From positions 1 to 52,690 of the forward strand of contig LXFE01000205.1 of NCBI GenBank assembly GCA_001929475.1: a stretch of DNA of 52,690 nucleotides, given 5' to 3'. How positions within the stretch are numbered: position 1 is the first letter of the stretch; every line of letters starts with the position of its first letter. The notes beneath the pieces were generated by a model. It was not told where the DNA came from, did no database searches, and saw nothing but the letters and a program-made list of their open reading frames with translations. This DNA is from Neolecta irregularis DAH-3. Lineage: Eukaryota. The position numbers were made by a program, and so were the translations under genes. Below, in pieces: positions 10,066 through 22,015 of this stretch.

Positions 10066-11817
10066 ATGGTCATCCAGCTGGCGCTTGCTCGTAAGAATAG
10101 GCATTTCGTAAGACGTAGGCGTCGGAGATTCCTCCTCGTGAAGTATACCAGAGTTGGGTGGACTATCGCTCCTTTACCCCGCGAAGACTACTGGTTGGAT
10201 TATGATTCAGATCCAGATCCTGTCGATTCCTTCGATGATCCATACAGTGTCGCTGTTGGTATGATTGAATACGGTATGGACAATCATACCACCATTGCAT
10301 GCGAGCAGCTTGAGAGTTTGCTTGGACAGTATCGTATTGGAAAGCTTTTCAATCAGATCAGTAGTGGTGAAACAGTATCGCAAAGTTTTCTAGATACCAG
10401 TACTGTTCAACCTACATGGGAAGAAGAAACTGGATCCAGAGAACCCGATCCATATGCAAAACCGAATAGCACAGTGGAGTTTCCCGTCCATAAGCTTGAG
10501 GTCCAGACGCCCAATATCGCTTATCTGATTTCAACAAATGCGCATGAGCAGGCTGTTGAGCCTCCAATCAATTTGTCAATCGAGACACAGTGTGGCGCAA
10601 ATATCCCGGATGGTCAAAGAAGCTTACTGACGCCGCCGATAACGCCCGGATCCAGTAAAACACAGTCAGGTTCTTCAGACTCGTCACCTGTATTGAAGAA
10701 AACACTGTCGACTCCACCCTCGTCCCTTTCATTACGTCAGTTGGAAAATGTTTCGCTTACTCCGGAGCCTTTGCCGTCAGATCTATCTGGGGAATCCGCC
10801 AGATCTAAATCGGGCAAGCAGAACGTATATTTTTGGTCGAATGATCCGAAAGAGCCTGTAAATGGATCTCGCCATTGGGCAACAAACTCTCGGTTTAATT
10901 TCCCAGATAAATCATCCAGTCTATCCTCCTCGACCTCTGGAACACATTCAGCAGTATCTGATGGAACGCTTCATTCTATTTTCGGGAACGAACGTCAGGG
11001 AAGCATGGACACAGTTGACTCCTGGCTCGCTCTCGAGATGACTGCTCTAGAATCTCGCAATGCTTCAGCAGGTCTTAACTCATATGGGCATGAGGTCCCT
11101 CATCCTAAATACCTTGATGGAAAATCCTCGCCCTGTCCAGATCGGATTTCACGAGAGTCCTCCGTGAGTCTTCTTTCGCCTCTCTTCAATGCACCACTCG
11201 CCGCGATCACTGAAGCACCCAATCTCGAGCCAATTGGACCAAAGTCCACCGTTACCCCAGTAAAACCACACAAACCATTTGCTTCTTCAGACCGCGGGCC
11301 CGAATTTCATGCTCCGGATGACTACGGGACTTGTGCGCCCACAGACCCTAAATGGATTGGGAGTTCATTTCCAGAGAATGGTGCCACCTTGACTACATAT
11401 AGTTTCCAACCAGAATCTTCAAATGTGGCCATAGTAGATCTCGATTCCTGTGGGAAGCCTAGTCCCGTGTTAGATGACTACACGTTTTCTCAATTCTCGG
11501 GATTTTCTACGCCCCCTCGATCATCGGCCTGCCCTTCACCTCTATCAGCACGGACCTCCAAGCCATCTATCCATGCTGTCGCCGGCGAAGCTATCCCCAG
11601 AGCAATCATACACTGTCAGAGTGATTCTGTACGCGAAAATGCTTTAAAGATCATACCAAGCCAAGGTCGCGCAATCCCGCATAAACCTGAAGTTCGGAAA
11701 ATTACAAGTCCCTTCTTGGAGGCCAATTCAACAATCAAACAAAAGATTCCGAAAAAACATCCAATGTCAATGAAATTTAGCGCATGGAAACTGAAGAAGA
11801 GGGTAGCAAAGAAATAG
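10066..11817 (+). CDS. Ser/Pro-rich low-complexity hypothetical protein (start uncertain)
   Basis: ~580-codon uninterrupted ORF with a basic C-terminus; no family recognised. Confidence 0.7.
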   Translation: MVIQLALARKNRHFVRRRRRRFLLVKYTRVGWTIAPLPREDYWLDYDSDPDPVDSFDDPYSVAVGMIEYGMDNHTTIACEQLESLLGQYRIGKLFNQISSGETVSQSFLDTSTVQPTWEEETGSREPDPYAKPNSTVEFPVHKLEVQTPNIAYLISTNAHEQAVEPPINLSIETQCGANIPDGQRSLLTPPITPGSSKTQSGSSDSSPVLKKTLSTPPSSLSLRQLENVSLTPEPLPSDLSGESARSKSGKQNVYFWSNDPKEPVNGSRHWATNSRFNFPDKSSSLSSSTSGTHSAVSDGTLHSIFGNERQGSMDTVDSWLALEMTALESRNASAGLNSYGHEVPHPKYLDGKSSPCPDRISRESSVSLLSPLFNAPLAAITEAPNLEPIGPKSTVTPVKPHKPFASSDRGPEFHAPDDYGTCAPTDPKWIGSSFPENGATLTTYSFQPESSNVAIVDLDSCGKPSPVLDDYTFSQFSGFSTPPRSSACPSPLSARTSKPSIHAVAGEAIPRAIIHCQSDSVRENALKIIPSQGRAIPHKPEVRKITSPFLEANSTIKQKIPKKHPMSMKFSAWKLKKRVAKK

Positions 11818-12553
11818 ATGAAATCCACGAGTTAGGATATTTACTTTTTAGCCTTAATAATGGAATGGAAATTTTGAATGTCCCATATATTCCATATAGT
11901 GCTCGTCTTGGTGATAAATCTGGTCGTCTGGTACTGATAAAGATCGCTTGCTTTATAGTCACAAACCAGATGCATCATTATTTGGTGACACGGGCGCTCA
12001 ACATTCCTTTGTTCATGTTTATACCTTGACTGGGTGACTTTTCGTGATATAGAAATTGCTCAAAAGCATCTCAAAGCTCATTCAGATCCGCTGATCTCAG
12101 CTAAAATCGAGAACCTGGGTTTATCGTTTGCGGGTACCTATCCTCTGCCATTTACAAGCATAGTCCTAAACATTGCCGCAGCAACTCTTGCCTCGGTACT
12201 CTTAACCTTGTCATTCTAGATTTTTTCCTCTTCCAGGAGTTGGGTTCACCAGTATATATCTTATATCATGTCGGGCAGGACTTTTCCCTCGACTTGGTAG
12301 AATTAATCAGGATGAGCAATCCTCATTTAACCATTCGTGGATCAGTCCGGGTCTAATAAAGCAGGTAGAGAGCTTTGCTGCTATAACAGCAAAAGAACGT
12401 AAAAATCTTGGAGAGTGAACAGAAAAAAGAGAGAAGGAAAAAAGGATGTAAATCACTTTCAATCTTGCCTCTCTCTGCCATACTTAGTTTGAGGTTTCCT
12501 GTAAGTACATCTTGCACTGTTCATAGTTTCTAGCGATTTCTCCAACCACCAGA

Positions 12554-13888
12554 ATGCCTGACGGAGCTGCCCTCAAAGCACAAGCAGTCGTAGCTCTTGA
12601 AAAGGGCGACAACAAAGATGCCATTGAACTACTGACTCGGGCAATTGAGCAAATACCAACCAGTATCGATTATTATATCAAGCGGTACTTCACAGCATAT
12701 TGCCGGACGGGACCTAACCTCATAGATCTAATGCATACCAACGCGATAAACAATACGATATGGCCCTTAGAGACTCAGAAAAGGCCGTCAAAATGGCAGG
12801 AGACGGGGGAAAACGAGAGCTTATCGGCCAAGCGCAGTTTAGACGCGGGTTTATTGCTTCGATAAAGATCGGTGTCTTACTGGTAGAATCGCGTTTTACA
12901 TGAAAGATAACTTTGCATCAGCAAAGCAGTGTTTTGAATGGGCCGAGAAATACGACGGTGAGAAAAAGCTGATTAATATCTGGAAATCAAAGCTCTCTAA
13001 TAAAGATATCTCCAGCCAATCCGCCATTCTCGAATTCCCAGATATTGAGAACGAAGCCTTCGTTCACGAAGCTTCATCTGGTATGCATATATATTTTGTG
13101 AATATTAATTATACTAGGACTGAGGGGAGGATCTCAACCATTAGGTGGTTATGGTACCCCTATGGCCGTATTCTCTTGCAAAGTCTAACCAGGTCTAGCC
13201 AGTGAGATTAGTTCAAATTCTAAGCAATCGATAGACATTCCACTGCTCGCGAGGCAGTCAAGTATTGACATTAACTTATCCTTGTAGGGACTGAAATTTA
13301 GTTTCTGAAACTACAGATCTTCCCGCAAAGGTCCGCCATGAATGGTATCAGACAGCATCTCATGTCATTGTTACACTTTTCGTTAAGAATATTCCAAAAG
13401 AAAAAATCAAAGTCGAAATTACCCCTACCAGCCTATCTGTCTCATTTCCGAATACCAAAGGGTCAGAGTTCGCATTTGATATTGACCCCTTTGCCCACCA
13501 AGTGTCAAAAGAAGAGTCGTCATTTCGAGCTCTTAGCACCAAACTTGAAGTTCACTTAAAAAAAGTCGAGCCTAAGCAATGGAATGTTCTAGAGGGAGCA
13601 GAAGAAAGCAAACCCCAAGGTATAGAATACCCTACTTCTTCGCGAAAAGGTGCCAAAAACTGGGACTCCATTGCGAACGAAACGAAAGAAGATGATGATT
13701 CAGGTAACCCCGATGCTCTATTCAAGCACCTCTTCAAAGACGCTGACGAGGATATGAAACGTGCAATGATGAAGAGCTATGTTGAAAGCAACGGTACAGC
13801 TCTAAGCACCGATTGGAGGAGTGTTTCGAAGGAGAAGGTTGAATGTTTACCACCTGATGGTATGATTGCCAAGAAGTGGGAGGTTTGA
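12554..13888 (+). CDS. SGT1: Hsp90 co-chaperone Sgt1 (TPR-CS-SGS)
   Basis: N-terminal TPR; KVRHEWYQT CS domain; YPTSSRKGAKNWD and KRAMMKSYVESNGTALSTDW SGS domain; up to 6 introns. Confidence 0.95.
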
Positions 13889-14010
13889 TAAAAATTATAC
13901 ATAGTTTTTCTTTCTATTTCTGTGGGGCCTATTCCACTTCGTTCGTCATCTGATATGTATTTTCCTGAGACACCACTTCAGGAATGTTGGTTTTGTGAAG
14001 TACCTCGTTG

Positions 14011-14991
14011 ATGTATCCTCTGCCTCCGTTGGCGTCTCCACATTCATTAAGCGGAATCGCTGGAAGCATAAGCATCGCTTGGTTTTCGTCTTGATATTCA
14101 GAGAATTAACTTAGTAGCTGGGTTGTTGTTTTCAGCCCGCAGATCATTGAAAATTACAAAAGAAGATCTGGAGACGGACTTTCGCTCGCTTTCCTCTGGA
14201 TTTGGCTTCTCGGTGATGTATTCAATGTGGCAGGTGCACTGTTCCAGGGGATCATGCCAACCATGGTATCACAACTTCTAATGCAAATGTTTTATAATGC
14301 CAGACGATCCTGGCGTTCTACTATACTCTCGCGGATGTCGTGCTCATTTTACAAGTCCATTATTACAGAAAATATGGAAATAAACTCGAATCTTTCCCCG
14401 AGCATCTGAGCGAAACTGAACCTTTGATCCCGTCAGTGTCCACCGAAGTACCCATATTTGAAATGAAACAAAAGCGAGCTCTTATTCGAAACAGTATACC
14501 AGACAAATTATCAAGCTCATAGAGATAGTCGCATACAATACGACTATTCTATTTGCCGTATGGCTAGCTGGGTTCTTTGCTTGGATTTTGCTTACCTTCG
14601 TTTTGCCTCGGTCAGGGAATTTTTGTGAAGGTGCATCTCTATCTATCCCAGGCAAACACGCTAAGCCATTATGTTCAAATGCTTATGACTAGGCCAAATT
14701 TCAGGCTGGATCTCTGCAATGCTTTATATCGGTTCGCGATTACCTCAAATCTTCAAAAATCATCGGAAAAGGTCGTGCGAGGGACTTAGCTTATTGTTTT
14801 TCATGTTTAGTGTCTCGGGGAATACGACATATGTTGCGAGCATCTTGCTGCAACATGCTTCTCGTTCGTGGCTGGCATTAAACGCGAGTTGGATTGCGGG
14901 GAGTACAGTGACACTTTTTCTTGACTTTGCAGTATTTTGTCAATTTTGGAGATACGGGACCATGTCTACAACGGCAACATATGTTGATTAA
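14011..14991 (+). CDS. Vacuolar PQ-loop basic amino-acid transporter (Ypq/PQLC2 family)
   Basis: GSISIACWVVVFSPQIIENYKRRSGDGLS and LYIGSRLPQIFKNHRKRSCEGLS; 4 introns. Confidence 0.9.
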
Positions 14992-15305
14992 ATATTGAAT
15001 CGCTTGGCACACATAACTTCTCATAACCGCCCGTGCAATTGCCTACTTGAGCCAGTTATACTTGTGATGAGTTCAGTTCTATGCAGTTGCTAGTTTTGAC
15101 CTGCCTTGCGAGACTCTTCCAATGCTTTCCCGAGTCAGCTGTAAAAATGGATTCAGTAACAGCGGCCAAATACAGGGGATATTCAGTTGACATGCCAGAA
15201 TCTATCTAAGAGGGGACGATACAAAGAACAAAGATAGTCATGGAAAAGGTTGCTCTAACTATAAGGTTAAACTATAATGCGACAGCTCACCGAAAGAACG
15301 TGTTG

Positions 15306-15692
15306 TCAAGCTGAGAGAGTACCATATCCAGGGTTATCCGAGTACACTCCCTGGATACATAAGCAGGCTGCAGGGGATATGCGATACCTGGGGCTGCTGC
15401 TGTACAGGTTCTCCTCGTTCGGCTCTCTCTTTGGCTTTATAATGAATATATTCAAGGTAGAAACTTGCCAATCAATGTCAAAAACACAGATTGTGTCTGA
15501 TACGCGTGGATATGGCCTGGAATAACACCCAAGATCGTCAGGAGAATGTTGATGAGCAAGTCACCTGTATTCTATCAACGATGAGAAGAAGGACGGAAAC
15601 GCACATCCACAGCCGTAGAGTAGAAACACGCCAATAGGTGGAAACAGAATGGTGATAAGAATAACGAGTAGGGCAGACATGTTGGAGTCCAT
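15306..15692 (-). CDS. PMP3: Pmp3/Sna family plasma-membrane proteolipid
   Basis: ILFPPIGVFLLYGCG|CDLLINILLTILGVIPGHIHA; 3 introns. Confidence 0.85.
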
Positions 15693-15885
15693 GGTAGCAT
15701 AATGCAGACCAACACGCCTCTCAATATACTGTCGCCCACGTGTAACATATCTCATCATTCTGGCTTCTTTGCTTGATGCATAACTAGTCTATGATTAGAT
15801 AATTGATTTGTGCAGCACTGGGAAGGCATTGTATATAGTAGGCATAGACCGCTACGCTTGCATTCTAAATTGTTTGGATGCTAAA

Positions 15886-15893
15886 TGACGTCA
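15886..15893. promoter_or_regulatory. CRE palindrome TGACGTCA (Atf1/Pcr1-type bZIP site) in the divergent PMP3 / aldo-keto reductase promoter
   Basis: Perfect palindrome ~75 bp upstream of the AKR ATG; a second near-site TTACGTCA at ~15956. Confidence 0.5.
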
Positions 15894-15966
15894 CGATTTG
15901 CATTTGGGAAACAATACAAAAACCGGAAGCTCGCCGTATTGGATGTCAACTTACATTACGTCAGAC

Positions 15967-17072
15967 ATGGCCACGAGGCGACTTATCGAGTTAAATTCTG
16001 GCGACAAGATTCCCGCAATGGGTCTGGGAACCTGGCTTTCGAAAAAAGGCGAAGTTGCGGTAGCTGTCAGCCATGCTCTCAAAGTTGGATATCGGCACAT
16101 TGATGTACAATTTTGTTACTAAAGGTGGACTGGTCTGAAACAACCAGTGTGCTTCAATTTACGGAAACGAAGGGGAAGTAGGCGCTGGAATAAAGAAGTC
16201 CGGTGTGCGAAGAAAGGACATTTGGTTGACGTCAAAGCTCTGGAATAATAGGTACGCACTTTCTTTTCTTGTACTGATTCAATCTAGTCACCAACCAGAA
16301 GATGTACCTAGAGCCCTGGAAAAGACCTTGTCCGATTTACAAACTGACTATCTGGATCTCTACTTGGTATTTCTTCCACAACGAATACAGCTAATCGAAT
16401 GATGCATTGGCCATGTAGTTTTAAAGCCGGGAAATCTCCAATGCCAAGGGACTCTAATGGAAAACATGCTCTTGGAGATACAGATTTCACAGTTACCTGG
16501 TCCGCAATGGAAAGGTTGCTTGAAGAAGGCAAAGTTCAAAACATCGGAATCAGTAACTTCTCCAAAGCTGAGCTTGAAAAGCTTCTTGAACATGCAACTG
16601 TTAAACCTGCCGCACATCAATTGGAAATGCATCCCTATCTTCAGCAAAACTCATTCTTGGATTTCCATAAAGAGAAAGACATTCACGTTACGGCATATTC
16701 TCCATTTGGAAATCAGAATACTATTTATGGTGCCAAAGATACTAAGATTGTTGACCACGACGTTATCAAAGGTATCGCAGAGAAACTTGGAAAGAAACCT
16801 AGTCAAGTCATTCTTTCTTGGGCAATCGGACGTGGCGTTAGCATCGTACCGAAGTCAGTTAACGCCGAACGGATTGAAGAAAACTTTCAAGGTGTGTTCC
16901 TATATTCGATAACAAAAGATAAGGACTAATAGGAGTCTTCGAACTGAGCGCAGAGGAGAGCAAAGCTATTGATCGACTAGAAAAGAAGAAACGTTACAAC
17001 AATCCTTCAAAATCATGGGGATATGAATTTTATGCTGATCTAGATGGGGCAGGGAAACAAGCAAATCTGTAA
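15967..17072 (+). CDS. NADPH-dependent aldo-keto reductase (GCY1/YPR1-like)
   Basis: [46 protein letters not shown]; 4 introns, the third lacking a usable AG. Confidence 0.93.
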
Positions 17073-17111
17073 GCTATGCGCTTAGAAGTACGATAAGACC
17101 AAATGTTGTAA

Positions 17112-17284
17112 CTAGCCTAAGTAGACGTACTTCGCGAGGGGAACATACCTAGCCTAAGTAGATGTGCTTGGCTAAGTATTTCCCCGTTCCCGTCCCTATA
17201 CACTATTTACATCAATAGCCGCCCTACCATTTCCGTCATTTCCGTCTTTGGTAAGGATATACTCGAGTGTATATCCTTACTAAA
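17112..17284. repeat. Cluster of direct and inverted repeats (possible DNA-transposon end relic)
   Basis: Direct repeat CTAGCCTAAGTAGA at 17112 and 17149; imperfect hairpin 17138-17185; 16-bp-arm hairpin 17247-17284 (15/16 match). Confidence 0.75.
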
Positions 17285-17809
17285 TCTTTAATAATTAGAA
17301 TCTCGTAGTGAAGATATCCATGGACATACATTGTCCAAGAGGTTAGGATAAACAGAATTGAGACTGTCATTTTCCTGGTCCAACGGGTGGGCATGAGCAC
17401 ACGGATATTGTCTCAGATCTTACAAGGCCACAGTTTCGCCGAAATCCCGCTTGCCCGTCCATCTTTAGCTTAAACCTCTCATGCAAAGAAAGAGCACATA
17501 TTCTCCATAGATATTAATTTATAGCTCGAAAAAAGAAAAGGAACTTCATTTCTTGTTGATGACAAATCTTTTCTGGCGTCAATCTTTGAACATTACTTCA
17601 TCTGTAAAATTTATTGTGCAAGATCGAATTTTTGTTATTAAGTTACAATCGATGGAGATGATTCTTTATCGTCGCAAAGAATTAACCCTAAAGAACAAGA
17701 AATTTCATTTTTGGGTGGATCCTGGTCACTAGAGGTACCGAGGAAAGGAAACAGATGCCTTAAGTAGCTCCTACCAAACACATAGACTTCCATCGGCCTT
17801 TTAATTCCA

Positions 17810-18436
17810 ATGACCCAGTCGGTTTTTGTCTATGGTACTCTGATGCATCCTGTGATTTTAGAGCGTGTGATTGCGTCCAAACAAAAGGTTTTAGAGCCAG
17901 CCGTTCTGAAGGTATTACTGATGAGGCTAAGGAGGCAAGAATTGATTCAACAGGATTACTTTCGGTTCTGTGTTTCTCAGACTGATTACCCAGCAGTTAT
18001 TGCTGAGACAGGGCAACAAGTTGAAGGGATTCTGATAAAGAATTTGAACAATAAAGAACTTGAAAGACTAGACTTATTTGAAGGCGACGTAAGCCGATCA
18101 CTCTGCATTGATCTAATACGAATACAGGAATATCAAAGGATATCTGTAAACATTCTGATGAAAAGTAAGGAAATAGTCAAAGGTCATGTTTATGTCTGGA
18201 TAGCGGTTAGTTTAAATTATATGAAGCACATCTCACAGAAGGGCAAAGACCGCTTGCTACGCGAGCCATGGCACTTGGAAGAATTTAGTCAACAGAAGCT
18301 TCATGCATGGATCGCGTCGCCGATCGAATTTGCTGCCATTGACGGATTAGATGAGTCGAGCAATTGCGGAAGTCACTTCGGGAGAGCTTTGAAACTTGAT
18401 GATGCATCATCTTGTGGTTCCCGCAGCGCTCCTTAG
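17810..18436 (+). CDS. AIG2-like / gamma-glutamylcyclotransferase-fold protein
   Basis: VFVYGTLM, DYPAVI, VEGILI, LDLFEGD|EY motifs; three in-frame introns. Confidence 0.88.
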   Translation: MTQSVFVYGTLMHPVILERVIASKQKVLEPAVLKVLLMRLRRQELIQQDYFRFCVSQTDYPAVIAETGQQVEGILIKNLNNKELERLDLFEGDVSRSLCIDLIRIQEYQRISVNILMKSKEIVKGHVYVWIAVSLNYMKHISQKGKDRLLREPWHLEEFSQQKLHAWIASPIEFAAIDGLDESSNCGSHFGRALKLDDASSCGSRSAP

Positions 18437-19078
18437 TATTCCCATGACCATTTGGACCCCAGGATGGACAGGGAAATTCACGGATCTGTTATGGTCTTGA
18501 TAGACTTACTTAATAGCAAGTCTGGTTATGGGATGCCAGCACAACTTATTACTGTCCTCGAATGTCCTTCATTCTCGCATGTAAGGTTTCCGTGCCCATA
18601 GTTTTGAGGTAATCATTCCTAAAGTATACAAACCACCTGTTAGAAGCACTTGCTACCAGTATATAGTCTCATTCTTGATACATCAGGGTATATCACAAAC
18701 GTCATTCGACAGTGATTTGCATTTATTGAACTTATTGAAGCGAATTTTTATCAATCGTTGACACTATTACGACACCAAATAGAGGAATTTAGGAATATTT
18801 GCCGCACCCATTGGATCGATCCTATCAACTTCCTTTTCATGGGTAGCCGATAATCACAAGCAGATATGCACATTTGAAATTTTCAAAACAACATCTTTCT
18901 ACTCTAATTTTAACTATCATTAATAATTCATTTAGATTAGCTCATATAGGACGATTTGAGGATGGTATGATGACTCGTTGAGCCAAAATTATTACATTCA
19001 GTTGACCTCAAGTCTCATCAAGACATATTCTCCTTGAATTATCACAGCAAGAATTCCCTTTCTTATTGAGACCGGGCT

Positions 19079-22015
19079 ATGGGCGCAGTAGATTCAAAGT
19101 AATCCATGTTGACTTGTTCAGCGGATTGCTAACACATAGACTTTCTTTCCGAAAAGGCGTCTTCAGGCTGTTCGAAGAGCGTGACATTCCGGCGGATGAT
19201 TCGTATTGGATCCAATTCTGGAGTCTCCCCGAATCGGAAAATGAGATATACGAGTTATTTGGGCCTCAAGATGTTAGAAGAACTCGCGAGCAAGCGCCAG
19301 AGAACTTGGAAACGTTAATAATGGCGCTCACATCCCGATTATTTGCTTTACGAAATCACCCATCTTTTCCAAATGCAGAAGTCGCCCCTGCAAGAGAAGC
19401 TTTGAACTGTATTCGAGTGCTATCGAGGCTAATGCCATTTATTTATGAAGCTGATCTGGATGAATGGGAGGCTCGCTTTTGGTGGGCGAAGAGAAGGGTG
19501 AGGCTGTACCCTCCAACACATGTGCGATCGCCAACGATCGGAATGGAGGAAAATGATGAAGTTTTATTAGGACAAGATACCGCAAACACTACAGGCCAGC
19601 AGAAAAATGTTGAAGAATTCTTTGAAACAAAGCCGCTAGCACATGAACTGGTAGATACCCTTATCGATCTCATGTTCTTTTCCGGTTTCACCCTCCCATC
19701 CTCGTTTTCTGGGACAGATAAAGTGAATTTCATTATCTGGTAGATTTCATCGACTGAATTCATCACTCATAATTTTAGGCAAACTGGCGTAGGGTGTACC
19801 ACTCCGGTTGGTACGAGTCGAGAATACGAACAGCACAAGCTTGAGATTTTGAGCTTACTCATTGCTCTAATGTCCAAGCCAATGTATCAGAGTACTAGTA
19901 AGCTTATGATATGCCCACACGTCTTATGACAATAGAGGAAATCCCGGATCTTCAAACAAATTTTGTTTCGTACCTTGTGGGATATTCGGATCGTAAAATT
20001 GTTCTCACTCTGCTGTGCTCGCTTCTTAACACAGTATAATGGAACTTTCCCTAGTCAGCTAAAGTTATAGGTTATGAAATATAATCCAACAGGATGGAAA
20101 GTCCCATACGATCATGTCATGTTCGTCGACCTTCGGCAACAACTCGTCACTTACTGTCTGCAAGTTCTAGTCGTAATTCTTGCTTATGATCCTCCCCCGC
20201 TATCTCCTGGCGCCGATTCAATCCAATCTGAAAGGCAGAACTCCAATATCTTCCGCCATTACTACAGCAAAATCCATCGAAAGTCTGATTTCCAGTTCAT
20301 CACAGAGGGAATGAATCGAATTTTAACTCAACCTATTCAAGCAAACAACTCATATACGAGCTTTTTGCCGGGCAGTCAGGCGGAGATTCGCTTATATCCA
20401 GATATGATGATGCTTTTCTGGGAAACATTTAAATGCAACGAAGTGAGTCGTAGGTCTCTGCAGCTGCTGACCATTCACCAGCGTTTCCGCAAATATCTTA
20501 TCGACACGTCAACTGGATTGGATGTCCTTGTATTGATATTATATTACTGTCGTTCGAACAAACCAGATGCTAGCCAGCTGGGATTTGTGCGCATGTGTAT
20601 TTATATCCTACAAACCGTCACTGCTGAAAACGGATTTGCTGTCAAATTAAACCAGTTGTTTCTAGGACACGCATCATTGCCTGTGAGTGTTCGACTGCCA
20701 CATTTTCAAGGGACCTACGCTGATTTTCTTATTATTGTACCCTCTAATTCGATATTTGCTAAATTTAATAGTCAATTTACCGACTGATAGCTGGAAGCAA
20801 AGGTTCGTTGAAGCCTCTTTACCCATCAATGCTGCTAAGTATCTCCAATATCGCGCCCTATGTTACGAATATATCTAAAGAATCGTCCACCAAATTGCTA
20901 AACCTAGTTACATCCATTTCTGCGCCTGGTTTTATCCTTGCAGAAGAAGGGAACTATCTTCTCCTCATGCACGTTCTGGATATTTTTAATCGTATTCTTG
21001 AAGCGCAATTACCTCGTACCCTTTTCGATGTGCTGTATAGTGCTAAGAAATAGAAAACCCATGGTTAGTGAGCCTCATCGTTCGCAATCACGAACGCTTC
21101 GAAGCTCTGAGAGACTTCACACTTGATGGTGCACTTCTGGAGATCGAAAAAATAAAGAATTCTCAAAACGACATAGCCACGAAAGGCGTTACTTCAAGTA
21201 TCGACTCGAAGGATACGATCGCCACTGGTATACCAGCGAACCAATTAGAACCTTCCTCTTCTGCTTTCTCTGTCGTCGATGATGACGGCGATAAATCTCT
21301 ACTGCCCCAGGAGCATTCTTCGTCGTTACCTGCATCATCATCTTTGCAATCACAAGAATCTTTGCAGGTAGTCTTGCCTGCTCATGGTAGATTTCTTTCC
21401 GAAAAGGCCAGAGGAAAATTACCTGAAGGTGCAGGACCTCGAAGCCCAGAAAGCGACGTTGTATCTCTCGCATTCAGAACTTGTAAAGCGTCTGGTACGA
21501 GTGGACCGTTCACCCCTTCTCAAGAATGGGTTCTCGTTTACGTTTTGGACTCTATTAATTTTTAAAGGTGGAATCTTGGTTACCGCGATTGCCACTTTAT
21601 ACAATTCTAACTTTGGTTGCCCAACTTGCGCCTCGTCTGAAAGATACTACTGATCCTACTTACCTGATTGCACAACTCCAAGAATTGAATGAATCGCGTG
21701 TTCACCCTACAGACACACCATCAAGTCAACCATTTGTTTGGACAGCTCAAGCCACAGGTTGGTATCAATCCATGATCTGGGGATCGATTTTTCTAGGCCA
21801 TGTCCAGCTATTCAAAGGCATTTTTATCTTACATTTAATACTACTAAATGTGATCAGGGTCGAAGATCAAATTATTTCAAATAGTTACTGCCCAGCAGGG
21901 ACCAACTTTGAGAAATCCTCGCGGGGCTGTAGATGCTGTTTTGACTAGCGTGAGTGCGAAGTTGGGAAGCTTGAGTGGTCTCGGAAATGCAGACGCTAGA
22001 AGCCCATCCAGCTAG
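19079..22015 (+). CDS. HID1: HID1/Ecm30 family Golgi protein (10 exons)
   Basis: MGAVDSK|LSFRKGVFRL N-terminus, ALNCIRVLSRLMPFIYE, IW|QTGVGCT, KIKLFQI..PRGAVDAV; last intron 21818-21857 is GC-AG. Confidence 0.92.

Noticed and set aside
17683-17691. TAACCCTAA as a telomerase RNA template
   Set aside because: A 9-mer is plausible by chance in 52 kb, and it lies only ~120 bp before the next ATG, leaving little room for the downstream TER domains
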